Shown here piece by piece: positions 1 to 10,581 of a DNA stretch of 64,000 nt (within the stretch, counting starts at the first letter, position 1; each line of letters begins with the position of its first letter). The stretch is from a virus. The DNA lies in the IMG/VR virus record IMGVR_UViG_3300009080_000001, positions 1 through 64,000 of that record. The stretch is one strand, 5' to 3'. A program made the position numbers and the translations under genes. A model generated the notes under the pieces. That model was not told the DNA's origin, did no database searches, and worked only from the letters and a program-made list of their open reading frames with translations.

Positions 1-1792
1 CAAGTAAATCTTCACCATTAGGTCTGATTGTAACAGGAGTTCCAGAAGGATCTTGAATGATTAATACTTTCATATCTCCATCTGAGTAATTAGCGTCTGA
101 AGCGTCATAGTCAAATGAGATCGTAAGTTTCTTAGCAAGGTCTGCAGAGTCTACAGTAAAGTCAACATAAACTTGTTCACCTGAAGCATCAGCAGCAGCT
201 TTAGCAATTTGTAAAGAACCTAGTCCTCTTAATTGTCCAGAAGTAATTCTAGAAATAACTAGGTTTGTATCTCCAGTATATCCAGAGGTATCAACTTCAA
301 AGTCGCTGTTTTCGATATAGTTAATTGCAGAGCTAGGAGCTTTCGCTGATTCCCAATCCCCAGAACCTGAGTTGTAAGTTAAAACCTCACCTTCGTTTGG
401 TGCGGCAACTGAAACATCCGATAAATCATCTAAAGCAACTGTAGCTGCTTCTAACGTATCTACTCTTCCTTCAACTTCGTCGATTGCTGCTTGAGAATCT
501 GTAGCAGTTAATCCTGAAGTAGAATTGTCGTATGTTATATCAGTAGCACTTGTTGCGATATCTTTAGCTTCCCATCTAGAGTTACCGTTATCGTAAATTA
601 ATGCTTGACCATCTGTAGGAGATGGTGCAGATACATCAGATAATTCATCTAATACTACGTCTTGTCCAACTACTGCAGGTCTATATACTTTAACTTGTAA
701 TGTATTTGCATCCTCTACATAAAATAGTGGATTTGAAAATGAACTTGGTTCAACATTTGTAGCTTGTCCTGCAACAGAATCTGATTGAAAGTAAAACTCT
801 CCAACTGTATATCCATGAGCTGGTACTTCAATTCTTCCAAAGTCAGCAGCAATAAAATTATCTACATCAATTACTTCAACAATTGCGAAGTAAGCTAGAG
901 TATCTGCATCATCAGATTGAGCTTTTACCCAAGTAGTTCCGTTATGGTAAACACCTTCACCGACTGCAAATCCGTGAGCAACTTGTTCTATTTCAAAAGA
1001 AGTAGCTCCGCCTCCACCAATAGCTTGAAGTTCGTTATCTACAATTTGATACATCTTTTGAGTATCAGTAGCAAATACTATTTGACCATCAGCAGCAGAT
1101 CCAGCATATGTTTCTAAGTTAGCTTCTGTATCTTGCTTTACGTCTGATCTAGTAGGAGTCTCAATTGATCCTGATATTGTATTTGTGCTATCTAATGTTT
1201 TATTTTGTAATGTTTCTGTTTTACTTGGTAATGCGTCTATTTCCGTTTGAAGCTCATCTAAAGCTCCTTGTACGTCTGTAGCGATTAAGTTACCAGTTGG
1301 TACGTTAGATATTGCAGAAGCATCGTGAGCGTCTACAGCGTCTGCTAAGTGATCAGAAAGGCCTGTCTCAGCAGTATCTACTCTTCCTTCTACTTCGTCT
1401 ATAGCAGCTTGTACGTCTGTAGCTGTAAGTCCACTAGTAGAGTTATCATAATCTATCTCAGAAGCTTCATTTTGACCGTCTAAAGCCGTTTTAACAGCTA
1501 ATGCTGATGGTAGTTCAGTATCTGAAGTAGCAGTGCTTATATCAGTGATTAGAACGCCAGCTTTAAGATTATCTGTTTCTATATTTGAAATTGTGTTGTT
1601 GTCTGCGTCAATATCTTTATTTGTTACTGTTTGTACTTGATCTTCTGTTACGATTGATCTTTCAGCACTATCTACATACGCTTTAAATTTAAGCGCAGAA
1701 GGGTCTAATCTAATCTCACCTTCTAAAGTAGCTGCATCTGTGGAACCTTTTAACCTGATTCCTTTGGTAAATTTTCTGCTTTTAATTGCCAT
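1..1792 (-). CDS. Tail fibre / large virion structural protein, runs off the window edge
   Basis: ATG at 1792 (MAIKSRKFTKG...); same frame reads as protein at position 2. Internal repeats YDNSTSGLTATDxQAAIDEVEGRVDT and LxxLSDVxxxxPxxGxxLxY..W typical of fibre proteins. Absent from ORF track because it has no stop. Confidence 0.75.
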   Translation of the reverse strand, partial: MAIKSRKFTKGIRLKGSTDAATLEGEIRLDPSALKFKAYVDSAERSIVTEDQVQTVTNKDIDADNNTISNIETDNLKAGVLITDISTATSDTELPSALAVKTALDGQNEASEIDYDNSTSGLTATDVQAAIDEVEGRVDTAETGLSDHLADAVDAHDASAISNVPTGNLIATDVQGALDELQTEIDALPSKTETLQNKTLDSTNTISGSIETPTRSDVKQDTEANLETYAGSAADGQIVFATDTQKMYQIVDNELQAIGGGGATSFEIEQVAHGFAVGEGVYHNGTTWVKAQSDDADTLAYFAIVEVIDVDNFIAADFGRIEVPAHGYTVGEFYFQSDSVAGQATNVEPSSFSNPLFYVEDANTLQVKVYRPAVVGQDVVLDELSDVSAPSPTDGQALIYDNGNSRWEAKDIATSATDITYDNSTSGLTATDSQAAIDEVEGRVDTLEAATVALDDLSDVSVAAPNEGEVLTYNSGSGDWESAKAPSSAINYIENSDFEVDTSGYTGDTNLVISRITSGQLRGLGSLQIAKAAADASGEQVYVDFTVDSADLAKKLTISFDYDASDANYSDGDMKVLIIQDPSGTPVTIRPNGEDLL

Positions 1793-1859
1793 TTTGTTTC
1801 CCCTTAAATCCCCTTGTTCGATTCTCTCACGAAGTCCGGTTTCTAACTTTCGTTAGTTG

Positions 1860-2357
1860 CTAAAGTGCATCTTCATCGATAAGTGCCTTACCTTGAAATT
1901 TGATTTTTAATTCTTGTGTATCTGCTACATTTACTGATGTGAACTTAAATTGTCCTCCAACTGTAAATAATGTTACTTCTGTATCATCTCCAGCCATTTC
2001 TTCTGTAATATTGAATTCTACACCGTTATAAGCCCCTTCTATGACGAAAGACTCAACTTCTCTAGACTTCCCTGAAGCCACTGTATACTCTCTTGTGATA
2101 ATTCCTGTAACTGATATTCTTTGTACGAATGATGTGTCAAACTGAAGTCCTGATACGAATCCTGTAGAAGTTCCGTCCAGATTGTCAGTTCCTGACAGTA
2201 TGGTTTCAGTAGTAGATATATCTCCCGGTCCCTTGATCTCTTTTACAGCTTCAGTTATGGCATCAGCCCAACCAGTAGCCTCTTCTCCATAATTGGAAGA
2301 TCCGGTGACAGGGTAGTCGAAAATATCGTTCCCTACTTGTAATTTTTTACTTGACAT
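1860..2357 (-). CDS. Virion structural protein (hypothetical)
   Basis: 165 aa, downstream of capsid gene, preceded by late motif. Confidence 0.6.
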   Translation of the reverse strand: MSSKKLQVGNDIFDYPVTGSSNYGEEATGWADAITEAVKEIKGPGDISTTETILSGTDNLDGTSTGFVSGLQFDTSFVQRISVTGIITREYTVASGKSREVESFVIEGAYNGVEFNITEEMAGDDTEVTLFTVGGQFKFTSVNVADTQELKIKFQGKALIDEDAL

Positions 2358-2390
2358 TTAATAACCCCTTGAGAGACAGAAGTCCCCTAT

Positions 2391-2405
2391 ATATAGTTGT
2401 TAAAT
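2391..2405 (-). promoter_or_regulatory. Late promoter-like motif ATTTAACAACTATAT, copy 1
   Basis: Exact 15-mer found 6 times; 5 copies precede minus-strand late genes. Confidence 0.75.
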
Positions 2406-2466
2406 TTTTGGACTATCATGGGAATTATTTTGGTTTTTCCAATGATAACAATATGTTATTGAATAT

Positions 2467-2495
2467 AAAAAAAAAGGGAGGCATTGCACCTCCCC
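2467..2495 (-). terminator. Rho-independent terminator after capsid gene
   Basis: GGGAGG/CCTCCC stem followed by T-run on minus strand. Confidence 0.8.
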
Positions 2496-2518
2496 TATTT
2501 AACTTTAATTGCTTAGAA

Positions 2519-3784
2519 TTAAGCTACTTTGATGTTGATAAGAACACAAAGAGATGCTGGTCTAGCAGTAAATAATGCTTGATCAGTGTAACATCTCATT
2601 TCGATACCATGAGCGTTCTCAAGAAGCTCTAAGTACTCTTCACCATCTGGTCTTTTGAATGTTACTTCTTCAGAACCAATTCTCTTAAGATCTTTCTCAC
2701 AAGCTAAGTAAGAGTAACCTTCTTTTACGAAAGTAGAAGCGATTACTTTGATAGATCCGTTTTGTCCGTGGAACATGATTTCTCTTGATCCATTTTCTTG
2801 TTTAGCTGGAGAATATGAGCTATCATATTGTCTCTTAGCGTCGATTTCAGTTAATAGTGAGTTCCATTGCTTAGGGTTAACATAACAAGAAACTTCTTCT
2901 TCCATTAGACCTTTCTCAACCATTGCGGCGATACCTTCTTCGATTTTACCAAAAGAAAGAACAGCAGCGTTAGTAGTTGCATCAGTTCCAACTTCTACGA
3001 TAGACCCTTGAAAAAGAGGCTCTGCAGAGTTGTTGATTCCAAATAGGCTTGATGTTTCAGTTGCGATTCCGTGAATTCCTAAAAATTCATTTCTTACACC
3101 AGCGTTAGCAGCAGCACCTTTGAAAAAGATAACGTCGTCAGCTTGAATTTCAGCAGCACCTAAGTTACCAGCAGCTTTCTTAAGAGTAACTGATCTGTCA
3201 GCTAAAGAGTAACCTTCAACTTCGTAAGAAGCTACTAAAGAACCTGCAGAGAATACTTCAACTTCTGCATTAGATGTACCATTCCAGATACCTGCAGACC
3301 ATTCAGCTTCTTGAATTGAAACTGCTTCAGATGGAGCACCACCAGTAATATCAGTCTTAACTACACCAATTCCAGATTGTCCGTAGAACATTTGTACTTC
3401 TAATCTGTGGTATACTGATTTAAGCATGTTACCTACCATAAGGTCCATTGCTTTTTCGATTGCTTGCTTGTCAGAACCTGAACGAGATAGAGCACCGATA
3501 GAGATAGCAGATCTTAATACTAATTCTCTAGCTTTGATTGAAGCTTTTCTCATTTTGAATTCTTTAACGTCGTTAAGTGTAAAAAGAGATCCATCCTCTC
3601 CACCATAAGTAAATCCTGATTCTAAAGATAGGATAACTGGTTCATTGTAGCTATCTCCTACTTTCTTAGATGTGTCAAATTTTACTGCGTTGTAAAGTTT
3701 AACATGATCAGGTACTAATTGTTGTACTTTGTCAGCGTATCTTTCCTTAAAAAGACCGTTTAGCGTTGATACTTCGTTTGCCAT
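2519..3784 (-). CDS. Major capsid protein
   Basis: 421 aa after scaffold and portal; strong RBS, own promoter motif and terminator; HK97-like C-terminus. Confidence 0.8.
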   Translation of the reverse strand: MANEVSTLNGLFKERYADKVQQLVPDHVKLYNAVKFDTSKKVGDSYNEPVILSLESGFTYGGEDGSLFTLNDVKEFKMRKASIKARELVLRSAISIGALSRSGSDKQAIEKAMDLMVGNMLKSVYHRLEVQMFYGQSGIGVVKTDITGGAPSEAVSIQEAEWSAGIWNGTSNAEVEVFSAGSLVASYEVEGYSLADRSVTLKKAAGNLGAAEIQADDVIFFKGAAANAGVRNEFLGIHGIATETSSLFGINNSAEPLFQGSIVEVGTDATTNAAVLSFGKIEEGIAAMVEKGLMEEEVSCYVNPKQWNSLLTEIDAKRQYDSSYSPAKQENGSREIMFHGQNGSIKVIASTFVKEGYSYLACEKDLKRIGSEEVTFKRPDGEEYLELLENAHGIEMRCYTDQALFTARPASLCVLINIKVA

Positions 3785-3990
3785 TTTATAACTCCTTAAA
3801 AAATAGTTAATTGTGAGAACCGTTGTTGGTTCATGTGTAAAATATTATGATTTTGTCACACTTTTCACTTGACAGGTTTGGTCTTAATTGGTATTCTCTA
3901 CTACAGAGCCTCAATCCGTTTCAGGGTATGAAGATGGTTCAAAAAGCCGACATAAGCCTACTATTGTAAGCTAGAGGGACTTCCTCGTTA

Positions 3991-4005
3991 ATATAGTTGT
4001 TAAAT
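3991..4005 (-). promoter_or_regulatory. Late promoter-like motif, copy 2
   Basis: Exact 15-mer about 205 nt upstream of capsid ATG. Confidence 0.75.
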
Positions 4006-4066
4006 TTTCCACACAACTAGTGGTTTTTTATACAATAAAATTCAATATTTCAATAATATCAATGTC

Positions 4067-5044
4067 TTACATACCCATAAAATCTTTCAAACTCATCTTT
4101 TTAGACGGTTTTTCTTCTTTAGATTCAGGTACAGACCCTTGTTTGATGTTATTTATAGTCTTAACTTGCTTCTGAGCTTGTTGTACTCTTTCTTCTCTTA
4201 AGTTATTAAGAATATCGTCACCTAATAGTGCTTTTAGAGCAGATGTAGACTTTAAAGATCCTGCAATAGTTCTGAACTTATTTTGAAGCTCTTGTTTAAC
4301 AGTCGGAAGTACATCCTTAGCTGTAACATCTTCCCATCCGTTCTGCATAGCCCATAGCATATTATCTGCTACCATAGCAATTACTTCTGGATTAGCTGGA
4401 AGTTCTTTATCACCTTCTAGAGCACCTAAAATATCAGTTTCGATCTCTTTCTCAACTTTAGCCATTTCAGCGTTTCTTGTTCTTTCTTCAGCATCTTTCT
4501 TAAGTCTTTCGTTCTCTTCTCTCATCTTTTGGATTTCAGAAGCTCTTTGCTCTTGTTCAATTTGCTCTGGAGATTTAGCATTTTGAGCTAAATGATTCTC
4601 AATTACTTGAGCTGCAAATGTAACAGGGTCAATATCTAACTCTTGTAATACTGCTGCTGTATCTGATTTAAGACGCTCAATATCGCCTTTATGAGCTTTC
4701 TGAGACTCTGCTAAGTGTTGCATAGCCTGACGACCAGCTAAAGCCATTTGAAGCTCTTTCTGAAGTCCTTCTTCATCATTAAGGTCAATCTGACGCTTAT
4801 ACTCTTTACCGTTTACTTTAAGTGTAAACTCTCTAAGCATTTCTTTAACTTCTTCTTCAGAAGCACCTTCTTCAATTGCTTGTTCTACTTCAGCTTTTAA
4901 CTCTTCTTCAGTTTCAGCTTGAACACCTTCTTCACTAGAAGCTTCTATACTTGATTCTTCTGATGCTTGAATTTCTTCTGATTGATTTTCTTCTGTAGAT
5001 ACTTCTTCTTCAACAGATTCCACTGCTGCGATTTCTTCACTCAT
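4067..5044 (-). CDS. Capsid scaffolding protein
   Basis: Acidic N-terminus, helical/coiled-coil, LKVNGKE motif, between portal and capsid. Confidence 0.7.
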   Translation of the reverse strand: MSEEIAAVESVEEEVSTEENQSEEIQASEESSIEASSEEGVQAETEEELKAEVEQAIEEGASEEEVKEMLREFTLKVNGKEYKRQIDLNDEEGLQKELQMALAGRQAMQHLAESQKAHKGDIERLKSDTAAVLQELDIDPVTFAAQVIENHLAQNAKSPEQIEQEQRASEIQKMREENERLKKDAEERTRNAEMAKVEKEIETDILGALEGDKELPANPEVIAMVADNMLWAMQNGWEDVTAKDVLPTVKQELQNKFRTIAGSLKSTSALKALLGDDILNNLREERVQQAQKQVKTINNIKQGSVPESKEEKPSKKMSLKDFMGM

Positions 5045-5104
5045 AAATGTCTCCTTTACTAGTTTTTATATGTAGTAAAATACTCCGCCTTTATTGGTAG
5101 GAGT

Positions 5105-5425
5105 TTAGTTTTTTTCGTGTTTCTCTTGAGTATAATCTTTAGAGCAGATACCAAAAGTCCTGTCTCTAGATTCTCTTTTTAAATTTACTCCGAAAGATTC
5201 TAACTTAGATCTTGCTGTTCTTTTTAAAACATTTAGATTTGTATATTGTTTACTTTTAAAAACAAATTCTTTTGTTCTTTCGTTTCTGATACCATAGATC
5301 ATCTCTTCAAGGTTAAGTACTATTTTATATTTAGCACCAGTACGTTCTGATACATACTGGTTCAATGAAATAATGCAATTATCTTTAGTCGGATGATCGA
5401 CGTATCTAATCCTGTTTCCAGCCAT
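5105..5425 (-). CDS. Hypothetical protein
   Basis: 106 aa, coupled to portal stop. Confidence 0.6.
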   Translation of the reverse strand: MAGNRIRYVDHPTKDNCIISLNQYVSERTGAKYKIVLNLEEMIYGIRNERTKEFVFKSKQYTNLNVLKRTARSKLESFGVNLKRESRDRTFGICSKDYTQEKHEKN

Positions 5426-7533
5426 TAGCTACCGCCACTGTTCTTAGCCATAAGTTCGGCTGGATTAGTTGGCTGAGGAGGTAGTGTACCATCGCTTACT
5501 CCAGCAGGTTGAGCTGGTTGTGGTAAGTTCTGTGGTCCTAAATTAGGGTCCATCATCTGAGCTGGTCCACCATCAGGCATATTAGTTCCTGCTGGTTGTT
5601 GTGGAGCAGGAGCGTTACCTTGAGGTCCACCCGGCTGTTGCGGAGGTGGAGCTAGTGGTTGCTCTCCTATGATAGATAAAATATTCGGATCAGTAGTCTG
5701 TAATAAATTAATATGTTCTTGAATATGATCTAGTACCGATTGAACTAGTTCCGGATCTCTTCTTAGCATATAGTCAGAAAGTACTGATCTATGTTCTTTA
5801 ATATGTAATGAGTGATGGTCAGAGAATATAGCGATAACTTCTTCATCTCTTACTAGAGCTTCGTTCTCACCTTTAATAGTCATCATCTCGTCCATCTTAC
5901 CTTCAGTTAAGTAGTCAAGATTACCAGTATTCATAACCATTAAATATTTCTCAGGACTATCAATAAGTCCCATCTGTAAAAGGTTCTCTGCTACTTGAGC
6001 ACGACCTGCAGTAGTTTGCATTAATGCGTTTCCAACATCAACAACAACTCTGTTAATAGATTTAATATCGTCTGACTTAAACTCTTTCATTTCGGTCGAG
6101 TTATTTAGTCCGGAAATTGCAGCAATTCTAGGAACATTTGCAAAGTCTTTTAATAAGTTAATTAGTCCAGTTCCAACGCTTTCTAATAATTGAATATAAG
6201 ATTGCTGAAGTCCAGATACAAACTGTAATGCTTGTGACTGTACTAATGCTAATGCGTTACCTGATCTTAATGATTGTTCTGGATTACCTCTTGCAACAGA
6301 GTTTACACCAGAAAGTGTTTCCATAGTTTTCTCAAGAAGTGACATCAGTTGATATACTTCTGGAGATGTCTTTACTAAATCTAGAGGTTCTGGTTTACCC
6401 ATTCCCGGATCGTATTCAATAAAGTTCATACCTTCTGAAACCTGTTCAACAGAAACTCCGTTTCCTCTTGGGTTTAGAATGTTTACAACACCAAATGCGT
6501 TAACATTTGTTGCAGCCGTAGAATAGAGACTATTCAGCATATCTTGAAGTGGTAACAAATCAAACATGTCTGTATAGCCATATGGTGTTCCCATAATTTC
6601 ACTTGGAGTAATTCGATGCACTGGCAAGTCTCTATACGGCATTACGGTATCTTCCATGATAGCATCAGCGTCAGCATAAAGAACATAACGTCCATTAGGC
6701 ATTGACTCTGTTCGCTTATGAAAAAATTCATAAACTGGGATATCTTCGGTTTGTTCAATCGGGTGCGAAAGAACTCTCCTACTTCTTTTTTCTTGTTTAT
6801 CTTTTGTGTCTTGGCTTAACAGTTCTTCTGCAAGTTCTGGGTACTTGGCAGCTAAATCGAACTTGTTAATAAATGATCTACAAAGAACCCAATCGTTCTT
6901 CATATAATCTTCTTTCGTAACATCAAATACTACGTCAAATGGTGAGAGTAATGTAAATTCTACATCTCCTTCATAAATAGGAAAAGGTTTGAGTGTTTCA
7001 CCCTTCTCTCCTAAAGGTTCTCCGTCTTCATCATAGTCGTGGATGTCTTCTTCATCAACGTCAACATAGTCATAAATCTTGCCTTTGGTACTATTCCACT
7101 CTAATTTAATGTATCCTGAACCCAGAACAATGGCGTACTCTACGGCCTTCTTTATGATTGTCTCAAGCTTCATTTCACGCATGTAATAGTCCAGAAGTCC
7201 ATTTCCGAGTTCAGCTTGTAGTAGTGATTTTCTATCTGTATTGATAGCTCTACACTGGAAGCTAGGTCGTGTGCTTGTTACCATAACGTGAATATGTCGT
7301 GCTAAATTTCTATAGTGATTTACGGCTAAGTTTACAAGTTCACCTTGTTCTCCGCCTGTAGATAAGAAATGACCCTTACCATAGTATTGACCGTAATAAG
7401 CTTTCCAAGACCTTTTGATCTTGTCAATATAATCCGTATCCATAACACCTTTAAACCAGTGTTGTGACTTTCCGATCAATGTTTCTACGCATTTATCCGC
7501 TTTCTCAGCAGCGAAGTATTTCTCTCTACTCAT
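5425..7533 (-). CDS. Portal protein (P22-like)
   Basis: 702 aa after terminase; GSGYIKLEW, SPFDVVFD, LSGVNSVARG motifs; Pro/Gln-rich tail. Confidence 0.85.
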   Translation of the reverse strand: MSREKYFAAEKADKCVETLIGKSQHWFKGVMDTDYIDKIKRSWKAYYGQYYGKGHFLSTGGEQGELVNLAVNHYRNLARHIHVMVTSTRPSFQCRAINTDRKSLLQAELGNGLLDYYMREMKLETIIKKAVEYAIVLGSGYIKLEWNSTKGKIYDYVDVDEEDIHDYDEDGEPLGEKGETLKPFPIYEGDVEFTLLSPFDVVFDVTKEDYMKNDWVLCRSFINKFDLAAKYPELAEELLSQDTKDKQEKRSRRVLSHPIEQTEDIPVYEFFHKRTESMPNGRYVLYADADAIMEDTVMPYRDLPVHRITPSEIMGTPYGYTDMFDLLPLQDMLNSLYSTAATNVNAFGVVNILNPRGNGVSVEQVSEGMNFIEYDPGMGKPEPLDLVKTSPEVYQLMSLLEKTMETLSGVNSVARGNPEQSLRSGNALALVQSQALQFVSGLQQSYIQLLESVGTGLINLLKDFANVPRIAAISGLNNSTEMKEFKSDDIKSINRVVVDVGNALMQTTAGRAQVAENLLQMGLIDSPEKYLMVMNTGNLDYLTEGKMDEMMTIKGENEALVRDEEVIAIFSDHHSLHIKEHRSVLSDYMLRRDPELVQSVLDHIQEHINLLQTTDPNILSIIGEQPLAPPPQQPGGPQGNAPAPQQPAGTNMPDGGPAQMMDPNLGPQNLPQPAQPAGVSDGTLPPQPTNPAELMAKNSGGS

Positions 7534-8056
7534 GTCTATTTCCTTTCTTAATATTTAAACTTGCTTCTAACACCTGTAGATTTTCCCAAACGTGGAGCCC
7601 ACAAACATCTTTACCTTGTAGTGGCACTATATGATCTACGTGGTATTTTAAACCAGTTAATTCTTCTAGTTTCCTAGCACCTATGTAAACCTTTTTTATC
7701 TTCTCACATTCAGACCAATCAGGAGTTGCTTTTAATTTTAAAGATCTCCTTTTAGCACAGTTGTTATTTATACTTCCTCTGTTTTGTTTCGACCATTCTT
7801 TGGTCAAATAAGCTTGTTTTTCTTTATTGTTATCTCTCCATTTCTTGCTAGATCTGTTAACAATATCTGGGTTAGTCTTTTGATACTCTAAATTCTTTTT
7901 TATTATAACTTCTTTATTTTTTTGATAATATGCTTTTTTGTCTGCTTTAGAACATTCTTTACATCTAGACTCTCTTCCATATTTACCACTTTTTAGTTTA
8001 TGAAACTCTAATATGCCTTTTTCTTCTTTACAAATACTACATACTTTAGCTTCCAT
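7526..8056 (-). CDS. HNH endonuclease
   Basis: N-terminal CxxC..CxxC; YHVDHIVPLQG..CGLHVWENLQVL..N. Confidence 0.9.
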   Translation of the reverse strand: MEAKVCSICKEEKGILEFHKLKSGKYGRESRCKECSKADKKAYYQKNKEVIIKKNLEYQKTNPDIVNRSSKKWRDNNKEKQAYLTKEWSKQNRGSINNNCAKRRSLKLKATPDWSECEKIKKVYIGARKLEELTGLKYHVDHIVPLQGKDVCGLHVWENLQVLEASLNIKKGNRHE

Positions 8057-8084
8057 AATAATAGTCCTTTTTTAGTACCTTCAT

Positions 8085-8099
8085 ATATAGTTGTTAAAT
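8085..8099 (-). promoter_or_regulatory. Late promoter-like motif, copy 3
   Basis: Exact 15-mer upstream of HNH/portal. Confidence 0.75.
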
Positions 8100-8114
8100 T
8101 TTATACACTTCTAG

Positions 8115-9587
8115 CTATTTTTTTTCAAGTTTTAGCAGTTTCTTAATGAAATCAGCCGCTTGTGAGGCGTTTTTAGTCTTAAATTTAGGACTCATGAAGG
8201 TATTTTTGTTAATATCTAGTCCATAGTTCTCTGGAAACGGGTTTGTACCTAATCTTACGTTCCTAACTAAGTATATAAGCGCATCTAAAGCATCTCCATG
8301 TGATCTTAATAGTCCAGCAGAGTCGTTTCCTTTCAAATGCTTGAATTTACCTGTAAATGTTCCTTGTTTAGTATAGTGCCATTGAGTATATTTAAGATGG
8401 TATATAAGATTCTTACATCTTGGGTGTATTATGATCCTTTCAGATTCTACCCATCTTCTTACAGTATCAACAGCTTGCTCTTTATTATGTTTTTCAGTAG
8501 GCATGAAGTTCATACCATAAAACCTAGATAAATCGTTTATAAGCTTAAGGTCATTATCCATTACTCTTAAATAAGGCTTCTGCTTATCTCCGAGGGCCGT
8601 AACAAACCTCATCTCTTCTTTAACCATTATTTCTTTATGTAATTTGTCCGTTGTTAGTTCTGGACCATTAATAACGTATTCATCTGTAATTACTAGCTTA
8701 TTGAGCTTCTTATCATAGTACGAGAATAAGAATACAGTTAGATCGTGAAATCCAACATCTCCAGAGGTATAGAACTCACAATAATCTGGAACTTCCATAT
8801 CCTTAACTACGGACTCTTCTACGGCCGCAAATTCTGGGACTACGTTGGCTTCAGATACATTTGGAATCTCACACAAATACTCGCATCTAAATTTGACATT
8901 CTTCTCTCCACCCGGATACCTAGCTACAATCCTAGCTCTCTGCTCTTCAGAAACCATAGGCGATGTAGTGTAGTCAAACTTTAAAAGCTTTCCAGCAGCT
9001 TCTAGAGGGTTCACAAAGAACTCATGAAAGTCATGGTTCGGATCTTTGTCGTTTGGTGTGGATGCTAAATATATTTTACCACCAGTTGTATCGGTAGTAG
9101 GGGCAAGTACTGAATATACTACAGTCTCTAGCTCATCCATAAATCCTGCCTCATCACATATACATAAATCAGCCGATCCCCCACGGAGGTTATCGTAGTT
9201 TCCATTATCTGTACCTGCGACTTGTATTTCAGATCCATTAGGAAATAGCCACACCTTCTCTTGAGTCTTCCACTCCGGTTTCATATCCTCCGGACAGTTA
9301 GCTATGATCTCACGTATTCTAGGCTTTATAACCCTCTCAACCATTTTCTGTTGAGGACATGCATATTTTACAATAGCTCCGGGTTTTAGTAAGCAGGTTT
9401 CAATTGCCATAACACATAGAGTATACGACTTACCATACTGTCTGGATATCAGACATGCAGATATATCATCACCAGTATTGTTGAAATGTTTATAGATTTC
9501 TTTTTGATTACCCTTAAGTTTCCAAGAAAGTATACCTTCCCTCCAAAGAGCGTCAATTGCTTCTTCTTCGGTCATTTTCTTAGCCAT
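8115..9587 (-). CDS. terL: Terminase large subunit
   Basis: Walker A SRQYGKS, LRG..DLCICDEA Walker B, ASTP coupling motif, nuclease acidic residues (GDVG, DALDALIY). Confidence 0.92.
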   Translation of the reverse strand: MAKKMTEEEAIDALWREGILSWKLKGNQKEIYKHFNNTGDDISACLISRQYGKSYTLCVMAIETCLLKPGAIVKYACPQQKMVERVIKPRIREIIANCPEDMKPEWKTQEKVWLFPNGSEIQVAGTDNGNYDNLRGGSADLCICDEAGFMDELETVVYSVLAPTTDTTGGKIYLASTPNDKDPNHDFHEFFVNPLEAAGKLLKFDYTTSPMVSEEQRARIVARYPGGEKNVKFRCEYLCEIPNVSEANVVPEFAAVEESVVKDMEVPDYCEFYTSGDVGFHDLTVFLFSYYDKKLNKLVITDEYVINGPELTTDKLHKEIMVKEEMRFVTALGDKQKPYLRVMDNDLKLINDLSRFYGMNFMPTEKHNKEQAVDTVRRWVESERIIIHPRCKNLIYHLKYTQWHYTKQGTFTGKFKHLKGNDSAGLLRSHGDALDALIYLVRNVRLGTNPFPENYGLDINKNTFMSPKFKTKNASQAADFIKKLLKLEKK

Positions 9588-9940
9588 TACTTCTTACCTT
9601 CAACTATCTTCAGTAGATCCTTAACGTCAGCTTTCTTAACTTTCTTTTTAGAATCGTTACTAAAGCCTTTGATCATTCTGAGGTTTCTATGTAGTATGTC
9701 GTAATTCTGTATATCAGTCTTATCAGCTATCTTATTCTTAACAGCATCTAATATCTGTTCAATGCCTAAGATACATATCTCCTCTTCTGGAGTAATACTT
9801 TTAGTCTGACCAATCTCTTCTTCAAGACCGTTCTCTTCGATAACAGCTCTAAGTTCTTTATTTTCTTTCTCCGCTTGAGACAGTTCTTTCCTCAAAGCTT
9901 TAAGTTCCATCTCAAGTTCCATTATAATTAATTCATCCAT
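9587..9940 (-). CDS. Possible terminase small subunit
   Basis: 117 aa helical protein coupled to terL; position only. Confidence 0.4.
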   Translation of the reverse strand: MDELIIMELEMELKALRKELSQAEKENKELRAVIEENGLEEEIGQTKSITPEEEICILGIEQILDAVKNKIADKTDIQNYDILHRNLRMIKGFSNDSKKKVKKADVKDLLKIVEGKK

Positions 9941-10103
9941 CTAAACATTCCTTGATTATTTCATCAGTCCTGTCGAATCCTAGAATTTCACTAGCTTCTA
10001 CGAAACTCTGTGGTATGTCGAATAGGTCGCACTTCTCGAAGTCCTCTCTATTTATAAAATCTCTTATTATCTTCTCACAATCTTCTATCTCCATAACAAC
10101 TCC

Positions 10104-10391
10104 CTAGAAGTGAAATTTACTCTCTTCTTTCTTTTTGTTAATATCGTGGATAGTTAACTTACCGTAGTTTTGGTTAAGTTTAACAATCTCCCTTTCAACA
10201 GCAATGATCTCATTTTTAAAGATCTTAGCATAATCAGGCTTCTCTTGATTAAGTAAGTAATACCTATATCCACATAAAGCAGATACTGCTACTATAATAA
10301 TCGACTGTGCAATGTTTGGGGAATTGTAATAGAAAAATGGTACTAGTGCTAATAACAGCACAAATGGTAGTGCTTCGATAAACTTATTCAT
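10104..10391 (-). CDS. Small membrane protein (2 TM)
   Basis: Two N-terminal hydrophobic segments; RBS present. Confidence 0.55.
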   Translation of the reverse strand: MNKFIEALPFVLLLALVPFFYYNSPNIAQSIIIVAVSALCGYRYYLLNQEKPDYAKIFKNEIIAVEREIVKLNQNYGKLTIHDINKKKEESKFHF

Positions 10392-10581
10392 GTCTCTCCT
10401 TTATAAAGAATATCTAGCAATCCAGTATGGGTATGCTATTATTTCTTGTTGTTCGGTTTTGCTCTTCTTTTTAATGCTTCTCTAATTCTAGAGAACCTCT
10501 CCTTTTTTTGGGTTTTTGTCTGCGATCCATCTTGGACCTTTTTTAATATTGGACTAATAGCTTTAACATCTATTGCTGACA

